Source of the DNA: Crocinitomicaceae bacterium
GTDB taxonomy: Bacteria; Bacteroidota; Bacteroidia; Flavobacteriales_D; Crocinitomicaceae
NCBI GenBank assembly: GCA_024639405.1
Contig: JAHEIL010000010.1
Location: forward strand, 14,048 to 78,047
Direction: 5' to 3'
DNA: 64,000 nt
The notes below the pieces were generated by a model. The model was not told the DNA's origin. It saw only the letters and a list, made by a program, of their open reading frames with translations, and made no database searches. Below, piece after piece: positions 18,491-30,203 of this stretch; positions within the stretch are counted from its first letter, which is position 1; each line of letters opens with the position of its first letter. The translations under genes and the position numbers were made by a program.

Positions 18491-19003
18491 TTGCTCCTTC
18501 AAAAAGTCAACATACAATCACTTGAACGCATCCAGCAAATTGGAAGAACGACTTTTGAAGAAACCTTTTCACCATTCAATACAGCAGAAAACATACTTTC
18601 TTATTTGGAAAACGGATTTTCTACTGAAAAATTAACCAAAGAAATCAACGAACCCAATTCTGAATTTTACATTGTTTCAGAGAATGATACCCTAATTGGC
18701 TATTTGAAAGTGAATATTGGCGCAGCACAAACAGAATTCAACACTGCAAACAGTTTAGAGATTGAACGAATTTATGTTTTGAAAGCATACCATGGCAAAA
18801 AAGTTGGCCAACTACTCTTTGAAAAGGCTGAAGATCTTGCCCAGCGAAAACAAGTTGATTTCATTTGGTTGGGGGTTTGGGAGAAGAACGAACGCGCCAT
18901 TCATTTTTACCAAAAAAATGGATTCGAAATCATTGATCAACATATCTTTAAATTAGGCACTGATTTACAGACTGATTTTATCATGAGAAAAATACTTATA
19001 TAA
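18491..19003 (+). CDS. GNAT family N-acetyltransferase
   Basis: Acetyl-CoA binding region VLKAYHGKKVGQLLFEKA and YQKNGFE. TTG start, with no in-frame ATG near the N-terminus. Confidence 0.75.
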   Translation: MLLQKVNIQSLERIQQIGRTTFEETFSPFNTAENILSYLENGFSTEKLTKEINEPNSEFYIVSENDTLIGYLKVNIGAAQTEFNTANSLEIERIYVLKAYHGKKVGQLLFEKAEDLAQRKQVDFIWLGVWEKNERAIHFYQKNGFEIIDQHIFKLGTDLQTDFIMRKILI

Positions 19004-19005
19004 AC

Positions 19006-19035
19006 CAAAAAAGCCGATCTTTCAATCGGCTTTTC
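19006..19035. terminator. Bidirectional hairpin terminator between convergent genes
   Basis: Stem aagccgat (19011-18) / atcggctt (19025-32), flanked by an A run and a T run. Confidence 0.6.
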
Positions 19036-19051
19036 CATTCTATTCTATCAA

Positions 19052-21355
<2,304 letters not shown>

Positions 21356-21356
21356 T

Positions 21357-21364
21357 CAAAATTA
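21357..21364 (-). promoter_or_regulatory. Bacteroidota -7 box (TAATTTTG on minus strand) for katG
   Basis: Plus-strand caaaatta is TAATTTTG on the minus strand, 28 nt upstream of ATG 21328 and 10 nt upstream of ATG 21346. Confidence 0.4.
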
Positions 21365-21400
21365 ATGCATAGCTTTGTTTTATAAAAACGATATTTTGAA

Positions 21401-21414
21401 TATCAATATTGATA
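21401..21414. promoter_or_regulatory. Perfect 14-bp palindrome in the katG-oxyR divergent region (candidate operator)
   Basis: TATCAATATTGATA equals its own reverse complement. It ends 6 nt before the oxyR ATG. GATAGAATAG follows. Confidence 0.3.
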
Positions 21415-21420
21415 GAATAG

Positions 21421-22356
21421 ATGAATATACACCAATTTCAATACATATTGGCAGTTGCAGAAAACCGTCACTTTGAATTAGCTGCCGAAAAGTGTTTTAT
21501 CACACAATCAACTTTAAGTACCATGATTTCAAAATTTGAAGATGAAATCGGTATTTTAATTTTTGACAGAAAGAAAAAGCCAGTTGAAATTACGACAGAA
21601 GGCTTACTAATCATTGAACAATTAAAAATCATTCAAAACAACATTGATCATTTAAAAGAGTTTACCAAAGAATTAAAAGGTGAAATAAAAGGAAATTTGA
21701 CATTATCTGTAATTCCAACCATTGCTCCGTTTTTATTGCCATTGTTTCTTCAAAAATTTGCGACAAAATTTCCAGATTTATCGATTACTGTGAAAGAACA
21801 AACTACCGCAGAAATAATTCGCGCTATTAAAGCTCGAGAATTAGACATGGGAATTGTATCCATTCCAATTTTAGACAAAGATTTGATTGAAATAAAATTG
21901 TACGATGAAGCATTTATTTTTTTCGATACAAACAGTGAAACAAAACGAAAAATAGCGGTAGATGGAATAAATATGGAGAATTTATGCTTGTTAGAAGAAG
22001 GTCATTGCATGCGCACACAAGTTATCAAATTATGTGACATCCATAAAAAACCCTATTCAAACAAGTTAAACTTTGAATACAAAGCAGGATCAATAGATAG
22101 TTTGTTGCGTTTTGTAAAAGCAAACAATGCCTCAACACTCCTTCCCTATTTGTCAACGTTAGACTTCAATGAAACAGAAAAGAAACACGTGAGTGAGTTT
22201 TCTGAACCTATTCCATTTAGAAGTGTTGGAATTGTTGTTCACCGACATTTCGTCAAGAAAAAATTATTGGAAATTTTGCAAGAAGATATTTTACAGAAAA
22301 TTGCTACTGTTATTCCAAAGCAAGAAATTGATGGATTGAAATTAATGCCTTTGTAA
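21421..22356 (+). CDS. oxyR: LysR-family hydrogen-peroxide sensor OxyR
   Basis: LysR HTH at the N-terminus. Redox pair in LLEEGHCMRTQVIKLCD has two Cys spaced 9 residues apart, as in E. coli OxyR C199/C208. Divergent from katG. Confidence 0.8.
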   Translation: MNIHQFQYILAVAENRHFELAAEKCFITQSTLSTMISKFEDEIGILIFDRKKKPVEITTEGLLIIEQLKIIQNNIDHLKEFTKELKGEIKGNLTLSVIPTIAPFLLPLFLQKFATKFPDLSITVKEQTTAEIIRAIKARELDMGIVSIPILDKDLIEIKLYDEAFIFFDTNSETKRKIAVDGINMENLCLLEEGHCMRTQVIKLCDIHKKPYSNKLNFEYKAGSIDSLLRFVKANNASTLLPYLSTLDFNETEKKHVSEFSEPIPFRSVGIVVHRHFVKKKLLEILQEDILQKIATVIPKQEIDGLKLMPL

Positions 22357-22358
22357 AC

Positions 22359-23582
22359 TTACCATTCGTCTTCAGTTCCGTCTTCTTTGTTGGCTTGGTC
22401 AATTAATTTCTTCCAATTATAACCACCTTCTTCACTATCGTTTAAAATGTCCATGTACTCATCTTTCGTGATGTCGTAATGTTCAATTTCTTCACCAGTG
22501 TATTCTTCGATGGCTTCCAATAAAACTTTTTCGGCATCACTGCAAAACGAAAGTGCTTGACCTCTACGATTCCCACGACCAGTTCTTCCACAACGGTGAA
22601 CATAGTTTTCTGCATCGTCAGGCAAATCGTAATTAATCACATAATCCATTGTTGGAATATCGATTCCACGTGCTGCAACATCGGTTGTAATTAATACTTT
22701 ATTTTCACCTGAACGAAAACGGTCTAAAATTGCAAATCGGTCTTTTTGTTCTACTCCACCATGCAAGGCTTCTGTTTTGACTTGCACACGTTCCATTGCT
22801 GCTACAATGCGTTCAACGCGCACTTTTGTTCGCGCAAAGACGATGAATTGCTTGTCCTCATATTCTTTCAAAATATTTTCTAAAAAGAATCTTTTATCGT
22901 CCATATCTACAAAAGCAACAGCATGGTCAATATTTTTTGCGACTGGATTTTTGGGTGATATTTGAATACGAATCGCATTTTTCACCACAGAATAAGCTAA
23001 GTTTTTGATTTTTTTAGAAATCGTAGCTGTAAAGAACAACGTTTGACGTTTACTTGGAATATGCTTTAAAACATCTTCAATGTCTTTCATAAATCCCAAA
23101 TCAAGCATTAAATCAGCTTCGTCCAACACTAAAAATTCCAAGCGAGAAATATCTAAAAATCCTTGAGATATTAAATCAAACATTCGTCCAGGAGTTGTAA
23201 CCACAACATCTAACCCATTATTCAACGTTCTAATTTGTTGTTCTTGTTCAACTCCACCGTACAAACCAAATGTTTTCACACTTGTTCGACGACCAATTTC
23301 ATTGAATACGCCGGAAATTTGTTTCGCTAATTCACGTGTAGGCACCATGACTAAGCAGCGAACACCTTTGTATCCTTTGCGGTTTCTTTTTTCTAATTTG
23401 TCAATTACTGGAATAGCAAACGCAGCGGTTTTACCTGTTCCTGTTTGCGCGACTGCCATTACATCTTCTCCTTCAAGAATGTGTTTAATGGCTTTGAATT
23501 GTATGTCTGTAGGTTTTTTAAAACCCATTTCATTCAATTGCTCTTTGACTAAATTTGAAATTGGATAATCGCTAAATTTCAT
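22359..23582 (-). CDS. DEAD-box ATP-dependent RNA helicase
   Basis: Q motif, AQTGTGKT, PTRELA, DEAD (VLDEADLM), SAT-like TAT, and HRCGRTGR motifs. Confidence 0.9.
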   Translation of the reverse strand: MKFSDYPISNLVKEQLNEMGFKKPTDIQFKAIKHILEGEDVMAVAQTGTGKTAAFAIPVIDKLEKRNRKGYKGVRCLVMVPTRELAKQISGVFNEIGRRTSVKTFGLYGGVEQEQQIRTLNNGLDVVVTTPGRMFDLISQGFLDISRLEFLVLDEADLMLDLGFMKDIEDVLKHIPSKRQTLFFTATISKKIKNLAYSVVKNAIRIQISPKNPVAKNIDHAVAFVDMDDKRFFLENILKEYEDKQFIVFARTKVRVERIVAAMERVQVKTEALHGGVEQKDRFAILDRFRSGENKVLITTDVAARGIDIPTMDYVINYDLPDDAENYVHRCGRTGRGNRRGQALSFCSDAEKVLLEAIEEYTGEEIEHYDITKDEYMDILNDSEEGGYNWKKLIDQANKEDGTEDEW

Positions 23583-23595
23583 CTTTTCCTAGTGT

Positions 23596-23624
23596 AAAAA
23601 AATAGGGCGGAAAAATCCGCCCTA
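23596..23624 (-). terminator. Rho-independent terminator (minus strand)
   Basis: Stem tagggcgg (23603-10) / ccgcccta (23617-24). The A run at 23596-23602 is a T run on the minus strand. A second small hairpin gcggaacgaattccgc lies at 23638-23653. Confidence 0.6.
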
Positions 23625-23660
23625 AACTATTTCTTATGCGGAACGAATTCCGCTGTTGAA

Positions 23661-24407
23661 TTATGCTTCTTCTGTTGGAACTAAAATACGTCCACAGTGC
23701 TCACATACTAAAACTTTCTTTTTAGATTGGATATCCAATTGACGTTGAGGTGGAATTTTGTTAAAACAACCACCACAAGAATCTCTGTCAACAGGAACAA
23801 CTGCTAAACCATTTTTAGCATTTACTCTCAAACGGTTGTATGCAAAAGCTAAACGAGCATCAATTTTTCCTAAAGCAGTTGAAGATTTTTTCATTAAATC
23901 ATCTTCCTCTTTTTGAGTTTCGCTCACGATTTCATCCAATTCAGCTTTTTTCGTTTTCAAATCACCTTTACGGAATTCGAAACGCTCTTTCGCTTCATCC
24001 AATGTTTCTTTTTTAGAAGTGATTTTAAATTTCGCTTCTTTCGATTTTTTCTCGTGCAATTTAATTTCCAATTCTTGGAACTCAATTTCTTTTGCTAATG
24101 ATTCAAATTCTCTGTTATTTCTAACATTATTTTGTTGTTCTTTATACTTAGCAATTGCCGTTTCAGAATCTTTAGTAGCATTTTTACGATCTAAAACTTC
24201 AGTATCAAGATCTTTGATCTCTTCTTGAATTTTAGCAATACGCGTTTCTAAGCCTTCTAATTCGTCTTCCAAATCTTGCACTTCCAAAGGTAGTTCACCT
24301 CGGATGGTTCTTATTCTATCAATCTCTGAATCAATCTTTTGTAATTCAAATAAGGCGTCTAACTTTTCCGCCACTGATACTTCTTTTTTAGTCGCAGTTC
24401 CTGCCAT
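23661..24407 (-). CDS. Coiled-coil protein with C4 zinc ribbon (COG1579 family)
   Basis: Long E/K-rich coiled coil and C-terminal CGGC...CEHCGR zinc ribbon. Conserved pairing with the upstream Nif3 gene. Confidence 0.75.
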   Translation of the reverse strand: MAGTATKKEVSVAEKLDALFELQKIDSEIDRIRTIRGELPLEVQDLEDELEGLETRIAKIQEEIKDLDTEVLDRKNATKDSETAIAKYKEQQNNVRNNREFESLAKEIEFQELEIKLHEKKSKEAKFKITSKKETLDEAKERFEFRKGDLKTKKAELDEIVSETQKEEDDLMKKSSTALGKIDARLAFAYNRLRVNAKNGLAVVPVDRDSCGGCFNKIPPQRQLDIQSKKKVLVCEHCGRILVPTEEA

Positions 24408-24410
24408 GTG

Positions 24411-25505
24411 CTAAAAATAATTTATAGGATTCGTATTTATTCCCGTTAAATGAACGGCAAAGGTAGTAAATTTTTTCTTCAAAATATCAGCAATTAACTT
24501 ACTTGTGTATTGTTCACTCTCAAAATGACCAATATCAGCAATAACTATCTGGTTTTCAGTGTCAAAAAATTCATGATATTTATAATCTCCTGTAATAAAA
24601 ATATCTGCTTTTTGTTTTTTTGCTTCAGGTAGTAAAAAACTTCCTGCTCCACCGCAAAATGCGACACGTTTTATCGATTTATTCATCAAATCTGTATGTC
24701 GAATACAGCCAGTTTGGAAAGTCTTTTTTACAAAAGATAAAAATGCCTCTCCTTCCATTGGTTGAGGCAGTTCTCCGATCATTCCTGCTCCTATCGTAGC
24801 ATCTGTATTTACTATTGGAATTAAATCGTATGCCACTTCTTCGTATGGATGTGTCTCTAATAAAGTCTGGATGACATTTCCAACTTTGTGTTGTTGAACC
24901 AAATATTCAACACGCATTTCTTCCACTTCTTCGTAAACACCGTTTTCACCAACATAAGGTTGAGCTAAAGCATTCGGTTCAAAAGACCCAGTTCCTTCAG
25001 AACGAAAATGGCAGGCCGAATAATTTCCAAGCTCACCAGCACCAGCTTGAAACAGTGCATCATTAATTTGAGAGCAATTTTCTTTTGGAACAAACACAAT
25101 CAATTTGAATAATTGTTCTTTTTTTGGTGCTAGAATTTTCAAATTTGTCAAACCCAAACGATTTCCAATCTCAAAATTCACTCCTTTATCGTAATGATCG
25201 AGGTTTGTATGTATGGCATAAATTGCTATTGAATGTTGAATCGCTTTTATTACTGTTCGCTGGACATAATCTGCGCCTGTAATTTTTTTTAAACCTGAAA
25301 AAACTAGTGGATGGTGTGAAATAATCAAATTACATCCTTTTTCAATTGCTTCATCCACAATCGCCTCTGTGCAATCTAAACTAATTAATGCAGCTGTAAC
25401 CTCCGAATTTTTGTCACCAATAAGCAATCCACAATTGTCATAAGATTCCTGCCACGACAAAGGAACTAACGTTTCTAAATAAGCTGTTATCTCACCTAAT
25501 TTCAT
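24411..25505 (-). CDS. Nif3-like dinuclear metal centre protein (GTP cyclohydrolase 1 type 2 homologue)
   Basis: Motifs LIISHHPLVF and IAIYAIHTNLD, with C-terminal GDYKYHEF...IADIGHFESE. Confidence 0.85.
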   Translation of the reverse strand: MKLGEITAYLETLVPLSWQESYDNCGLLIGDKNSEVTAALISLDCTEAIVDEAIEKGCNLIISHHPLVFSGLKKITGADYVQRTVIKAIQHSIAIYAIHTNLDHYDKGVNFEIGNRLGLTNLKILAPKKEQLFKLIVFVPKENCSQINDALFQAGAGELGNYSACHFRSEGTGSFEPNALAQPYVGENGVYEEVEEMRVEYLVQQHKVGNVIQTLLETHPYEEVAYDLIPIVNTDATIGAGMIGELPQPMEGEAFLSFVKKTFQTGCIRHTDLMNKSIKRVAFCGGAGSFLLPEAKKQKADIFITGDYKYHEFFDTENQIVIADIGHFESEQYTSKLIADILKKKFTTFAVHLTGINTNPINYF

Positions 25506-26257
25506 TGTATTTTTTTTGTTAACCCAAACGAAATTCCCATCGATTGATTTTTATGGATATACGATTGGAATTTATCATAAGAAGAATTCAATTGAAAGCG
25601 CAATTCGGGAGAAATTAATAATGAAAATCCCTTTTTCAAATCAATCAACACACCCAAATTAACAAGACCACTCAAAACGACTGGTGCTGTTTTCTCAGTG
25701 ATCGCTTCATCTAATTCATTCGATTGATTTCCTTTTATCCAATCAACAGATCGCTTGGAAGAAACATACATTTGAGGCATTAATCCTATTCCAGCATAGA
25801 CATGAAACCAGTTTTTTTGAATGTGGTAATTGAAGCGCAAAGGCATTGCAACATATTGATATCGTGTTTGATACATGTAACTTGAATCGTTCAATTCAAA
25901 AGAATAATTTTCACCATTTTGAACATATGAAATTCCTGCATCCCAAAAAAAATGATTGTTTAAATCATTTTGAATACCTAGTCCAAACGACCAAACTTGT
26001 GCAGCTGTTTCATTTGCTCTTTCACCAAGTGGGTCTCCATACAAACCTGTGTTTTCAGTTAATGTTCTATTTGAACTTGACCAATTAGAAAGTAAATAAA
26101 TACGTGTTCCAGTTTCACCAATTGAATTCAATTTCAATTGTTTTGTTTTTGGTTTTTTCTGTGATTTATTTTTTACTTCAGGAGAACCAATTAATACTTG
26201 AGCAAAAAGCTCACCAACAAAAAATAAAAGTGCAGCAATAAGAATAAATTTCTTCAT
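25502..26257 (-). CDS. Outer-membrane beta-barrel (porin-family) protein
   Basis: Signal peptide MKKFILIAALLFFVGELFAQ, alternating beta-strand pattern, and an aromatic-rich C-terminal strand. Confidence 0.55.
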   Translation of the reverse strand: MKKFILIAALLFFVGELFAQVLIGSPEVKNKSQKKPKTKQLKLNSIGETGTRIYLLSNWSSSNRTLTENTGLYGDPLGERANETAAQVWSFGLGIQNDLNNHFFWDAGISYVQNGENYSFELNDSSYMYQTRYQYVAMPLRFNYHIQKNWFHVYAGIGLMPQMYVSSKRSVDWIKGNQSNELDEAITEKTAPVVLSGLVNLGVLIDLKKGFSLLISPELRFQLNSSYDKFQSYIHKNQSMGISFGLTKKIQ

Positions 26258-26322
26258 TTTTTCGTTATTTTTACAATCCTAATAATAAACAAACAAATAT
26301 CGTTAATTTAACAACGTTTCCT

Positions 26323-29205
26323 ATGAATTCGATTGAAAAAAAGAAAAAAAGTCTAGTTAAAAGAATTTTAAAATGGACTGGGATTGGATTTGCTGTTCTA
26401 CTAGCTATCTTAATTGCTATTCCTTATTTTTTTAAAGACGACCTTAAAAAAATGGTCATTGACGAGGTTAACAAAACATTGAACGCTAAATTATCAATGG
26501 GTGATTTTGACCTAACGTTTATTAGCACGTTTCCTTCTATGACAATTGAATTAAACGACACAAAACTGGAAGGAATCAATGAATTTAAAGGTGTTGAATT
26601 GGCAAATATCAAAGAATTCAGTGCAGAGGTCGGTTTTTGGAATGTTGTAGGTGGCGATCAAATTGAAATAAAAGCGATACACTTAGTTGAGCCTAAATTC
26701 GATGTCCGTATTTTGAAAAATGGAAAAGCAAATTACGATATTGTAAAACCAGATTCAGTTAAACCAGTTGAACAAGCAGAAGAACCCTCAAACTTCAAAC
26801 TTTCGTTGAAAGAATATTCCATCACGAACGGAAGCGTAAAATACGACGACCAAACATCCGATATGTTGTTAGCAATTCAGAACTTAAACCACCGTGGAAA
26901 AGGAGATTTAACAGCTGACATCATTGACTTTGAAACAACAACATCAATGGATAAAATGACATTTAACATGGATGGCGTTTCTTATTTATCGGAAGTTAAA
27001 ACAAATTTCATTGTAAATCTTTTGATGGAATTCAGTGAAAACAGCTCAAAATTCACCTTAAAAGAAAATGAATTTAAATTAAATGCATTGACCTTTTCGT
27101 TAGATGGATTCTACGAAATGTTTGAAAAATCTTCCAACATGGATTTTAAAATCAATGCGGCTCAAGCAACATGCAAAGATTTCTTATCGTTAATCCCTAC
27201 GTTCTATCAATCAGGCTATGAATCAATGATTACAAAAGGTTCGTTGGATTTTGGTGGTTTCTTAAAAGGTAAAATGGACGATAAAAACATGCCTGCCTGG
27301 GATTTCAACTTAAATGTAGCCAATGCATCGATCAAATACCCGGATTTACCTGGTACAATTAAAAACATTGTTGTAAAAGCTGCTTCTACTTTTAAAGGCG
27401 GAACAAACATGGATGACATGACAGTTGATGTAGATAAATTTCACGCAGATTTTGCAGGAAATACTTTGGATGCAACACTAAAAATGCGTAACCCAATGAC
27501 AGATCCGTTGCTAGTTGCAAAAGTACTGGCAAAAGTTGACTTAGCGACTTTGAAACAAGTTATTCCAATGGGAGATGGCGAATCTTACAAAGGAAAATTA
27601 AAGGCTGATGTCAATTTAAATGGTCGTTTAAGCGCAATTGACAAAGGGAATTACGAAGCATTCAAAGCCTCAGGGACACTTGAATTGTGGAACATGCTTT
27701 ACAAATCAAAAGAATTAAATGATCAAGTTGAAATCGCTAACCTTATTTTTAGATTTTCACCAAAAAACTTAAGTTTAGAGAAATTAATTGCGAAAACAGG
27801 TCGCTCAGATTTTCAAATGAACGGAACAATTGACAATTACATGGGCTATGTATTTAGAAATGAATTATTAAAAGGAGTTTTCAACTTTACAAGTAACACC
27901 TTAGATTTAGACCAACTAATGAACCTTGTACCAAGTTCACCAGCCACTACAAATGAAGTTAAAAAAGAAGAAAAACCTCATACAGCTGTAAACAGTGAGC
28001 CAATGTTGATTCCAGACAACATTGATTTCAATTTATCAACAGCTATCTCAACTGTATACTACAATAAAATGGCCATTAAAAATGTGAATGGTGGAGTTAA
28101 AATTAAAGATGAAGTCGCAACACTTTCAAATTTAACAATGAATACAATGGGAGGATTAGTTGGTCTTTCAGGTGATTTCTCAACAGTAGATCATTACAAA
28201 CCAGCTGTAAATTTTGCATACAATTTAAAAGATATTGATGTAACAGAATTAGCTACAAACTTTGTAACCATTGAAAAAATTGTACCGATTACAAAATATG
28301 CACAAGGAAAAATTAGTTCGACATTCAATATGAAATCTTCTTTAACTGCCAACCTTGACCCTATTTATCCATCGTTGAATGCCAATGGAGATTTCTCAAC
28401 AAAATCGTTGACTGTTTCAGGATTTAAACCATTAGAAGAATTAGCTACTGCTTTGAAAAAGGAAGCATACGCAAAACAAACACTGAAAGATGTATACTTG
28501 AAATTCAAATTAACAGACGGAAAACTTAGCGTTGCACCATTTGATGTGAAATTAGGGAAAATGAACGCAAACATAGCAGGATACACAAGCTTAGATCAAT
28601 CAATAAATTACGACATTAAATTATTGGTTCCTAAAGAAGAAATCCCAGCTGAAATGATTAAAACTGCTGAAAAAGCTTTGACTAAAGTAAATTCAATGCT
28701 TCCAAAATTGAACATTGCAGCCATTCCAGCTATTATTCCTGTTAAAGTGAACATGATTGGGTCAGTTACCAACCCAAAAATCAATACCGACTTCAAAGAA
28801 GCTTTGTTAGCTGCAACTGGAAATTTAAAAGATAATCTCGCGAATGCGAAGCAAGCAATAAAAGATACAGCTAAAGCAGTCATCAACCAAAAAATAAATG
28901 AAGTTCGCGAAGATTTAAATGCGAAAAAAGCTGAAATCATGGCTGATGCGCAACGTCAAGCTGACAAAATAAAAGCAGAAGCAAAAAAACAAGCTGATGA
29001 ATTGAAAGCACAAGCTAAAAAAGAAGTAGATAACTTAGTTAGCAATGCTGGTTCTAACCCTTTCCAGAAAAAAGCAGCTGAAATCGCTGGTAATAAAATA
29101 ACAAAAATTGCCGACGATAAAATCAATAAAATCAATGCAGAAGCAGATAAAAAAGCAGATGCAATATTACAAGAAGCAAAAGAACGTGCTGATAAAATAA
29201 AGTAA
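26323..29205 (+). CDS. AsmA-family envelope protein with K/A-rich coiled-coil tail
   Basis: N-terminal TM anchor followed by a long beta-rich body typical of AsmA/TamB-like proteins. The last 110 aa or so are low complexity (ADKIKAEAKKQADELKAQAKKE...). Confidence 0.6.
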   Translation: MNSIEKKKKSLVKRILKWTGIGFAVLLAILIAIPYFFKDDLKKMVIDEVNKTLNAKLSMGDFDLTFISTFPSMTIELNDTKLEGINEFKGVELANIKEFSAEVGFWNVVGGDQIEIKAIHLVEPKFDVRILKNGKANYDIVKPDSVKPVEQAEEPSNFKLSLKEYSITNGSVKYDDQTSDMLLAIQNLNHRGKGDLTADIIDFETTTSMDKMTFNMDGVSYLSEVKTNFIVNLLMEFSENSSKFTLKENEFKLNALTFSLDGFYEMFEKSSNMDFKINAAQATCKDFLSLIPTFYQSGYESMITKGSLDFGGFLKGKMDDKNMPAWDFNLNVANASIKYPDLPGTIKNIVVKAASTFKGGTNMDDMTVDVDKFHADFAGNTLDATLKMRNPMTDPLLVAKVLAKVDLATLKQVIPMGDGESYKGKLKADVNLNGRLSAIDKGNYEAFKASGTLELWNMLYKSKELNDQVEIANLIFRFSPKNLSLEKLIAKTGRSDFQMNGTIDNYMGYVFRNELLKGVFNFTSNTLDLDQLMNLVPSSPATTNEVKKEEKPHTAVNSEPMLIPDNIDFNLSTAISTVYYNKMAIKNVNGGVKIKDEVATLSNLTMNTMGGLVGLSGDFSTVDHYKPAVNFAYNLKDIDVTELATNFVTIEKIVPITKYAQGKISSTFNMKSSLTANLDPIYPSLNANGDFSTKSLTVSGFKPLEELATALKKEAYAKQTLKDVYLKFKLTDGKLSVAPFDVKLGKMNANIAGYTSLDQSINYDIKLLVPKEEIPAEMIKTAEKALTKVNSMLPKLNIAAIPAIIPVKVNMIGSVTNPKINTDFKEALLAATGNLKDNLANAKQAIKDTAKAVINQKINEVREDLNAKKAEIMADAQRQADKIKAEAKKQADELKAQAKKEVDNLVSNAGSNPFQKKAAEIAGNKITKIADDKINKINAEADKKADAILQEAKERADKIK

Positions 29206-29216
29206 AAATCATTAAA

Positions 29217-29253
29217 CAAAAAAAGCTGGGTTGTTACAATCCAGCTTTTTTTT
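29217..29253. terminator. Bidirectional hairpin terminator
   Basis: Stem agctgg (29224-29) / ccagct (29241-46), flanked by an A run and an 8-T run, between convergent genes. Confidence 0.6.
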
Positions 29254-29267
29254 GCTTAAAATTCAGT

Positions 29268-30128
29268 TTAATACGTTCTTGTCATATCTTCTGCAACACA
29301 AATTATATAGCTTGCTTTATTAAGATGTTCCTTTTCTAATTTTTTAGTCGATTGTTGGGTAACCGTTGAAATTGTTACAGTTTTAATCTTAGGTGCTACT
29401 TGTTGAACATACCATAAAATACCTTGAAAAAAATCTGTATGGTAAGCGCCATTAAAATGAAGAACTTTCTTTCCAGTGCTTATACTTTCTAAAAGAAAAT
29501 ATGCCATTGTTGCATCTTTTAATGCTTGTGCAGCCATCATGTGTTTTCCTCCCATATGTTCTTCCATTTCTTTCAATGCTGCATATTGGGTCAATGTTGA
29601 ATCAATATTAAATGGCAAAGGCACCATGTTGCTTTTATCGATCAAACTTAATGTATCCAACGCTTTATATCCTTTCTTAAAAAGTAAATTCGCAAACTTA
29701 CGAGGAACATTTGTTGCAACACCTTTCAATTGTTTCTCCTGCATAAATAGCAACAAAGGTTTGTAATCTGTTGCATAATTATTCCACTGACGAACCGTGT
29801 CATTGAATTGTTTTTCTGAAAGTTGTTTGGCTAAAAATTGCGTCAATAATTCTTGTTGGTCGTGTTCATACATTTCAAAACCAACAACTAAATCCTTGTG
29901 GCAGGTTGCTTCCAAGCGCTTCAATACTTGTAATTCAATCCAATGCGCAATTGGATTATCGTGTTGCTCACCAAAGAAAATAGCTTCTTTCAGAGAAATA
30001 TCAGTTAACATTTTTTCCAATGAAACTTTTTTACCTTTTGAAGAATAAATAACAAAAGCACCATCGTTTTGACTGAAAACGATAAAATTTGAAAGAAAAA
30101 CAATCGTAAATATTAGTTTTTGAAGCAT
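29268..30128 (-). CDS. ChaN/Tiki-superfamily (DUF399) protein
   Basis: Signal peptide plus the IFFGEQHDNPIAHW (GExH) motif characteristic of ChaN-like proteins. Confidence 0.6.
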   Translation of the reverse strand: MLQKLIFTIVFLSNFIVFSQNDGAFVIYSSKGKKVSLEKMLTDISLKEAIFFGEQHDNPIAHWIELQVLKRLEATCHKDLVVGFEMYEHDQQELLTQFLAKQLSEKQFNDTVRQWNNYATDYKPLLLFMQEKQLKGVATNVPRKFANLLFKKGYKALDTLSLIDKSNMVPLPFNIDSTLTQYAALKEMEEHMGGKHMMAAQALKDATMAYFLLESISTGKKVLHFNGAYHTDFFQGILWYVQQVAPKIKTVTISTVTQQSTKKLEKEHLNKASYIICVAEDMTRTY

Positions 30129-30187
30129 AATTGAACTTTTTTAACAAGTTGTTCTTGCAATAATAGAAAACTTAAAGAGAATATTCC

Positions 30188-30195
30188 TAATTTTG
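30188..30195 (+). promoter_or_regulatory. Bacteroidota -7 box (TAATTTTG)
   Basis: Exact TAnnTTTG match, only 8 nt upstream of ATG 30204. If used, it implies a leaderless or near-leaderless mRNA. Confidence 0.3.
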
Positions 30196-30203
30196 ACTTG
30201 ATT

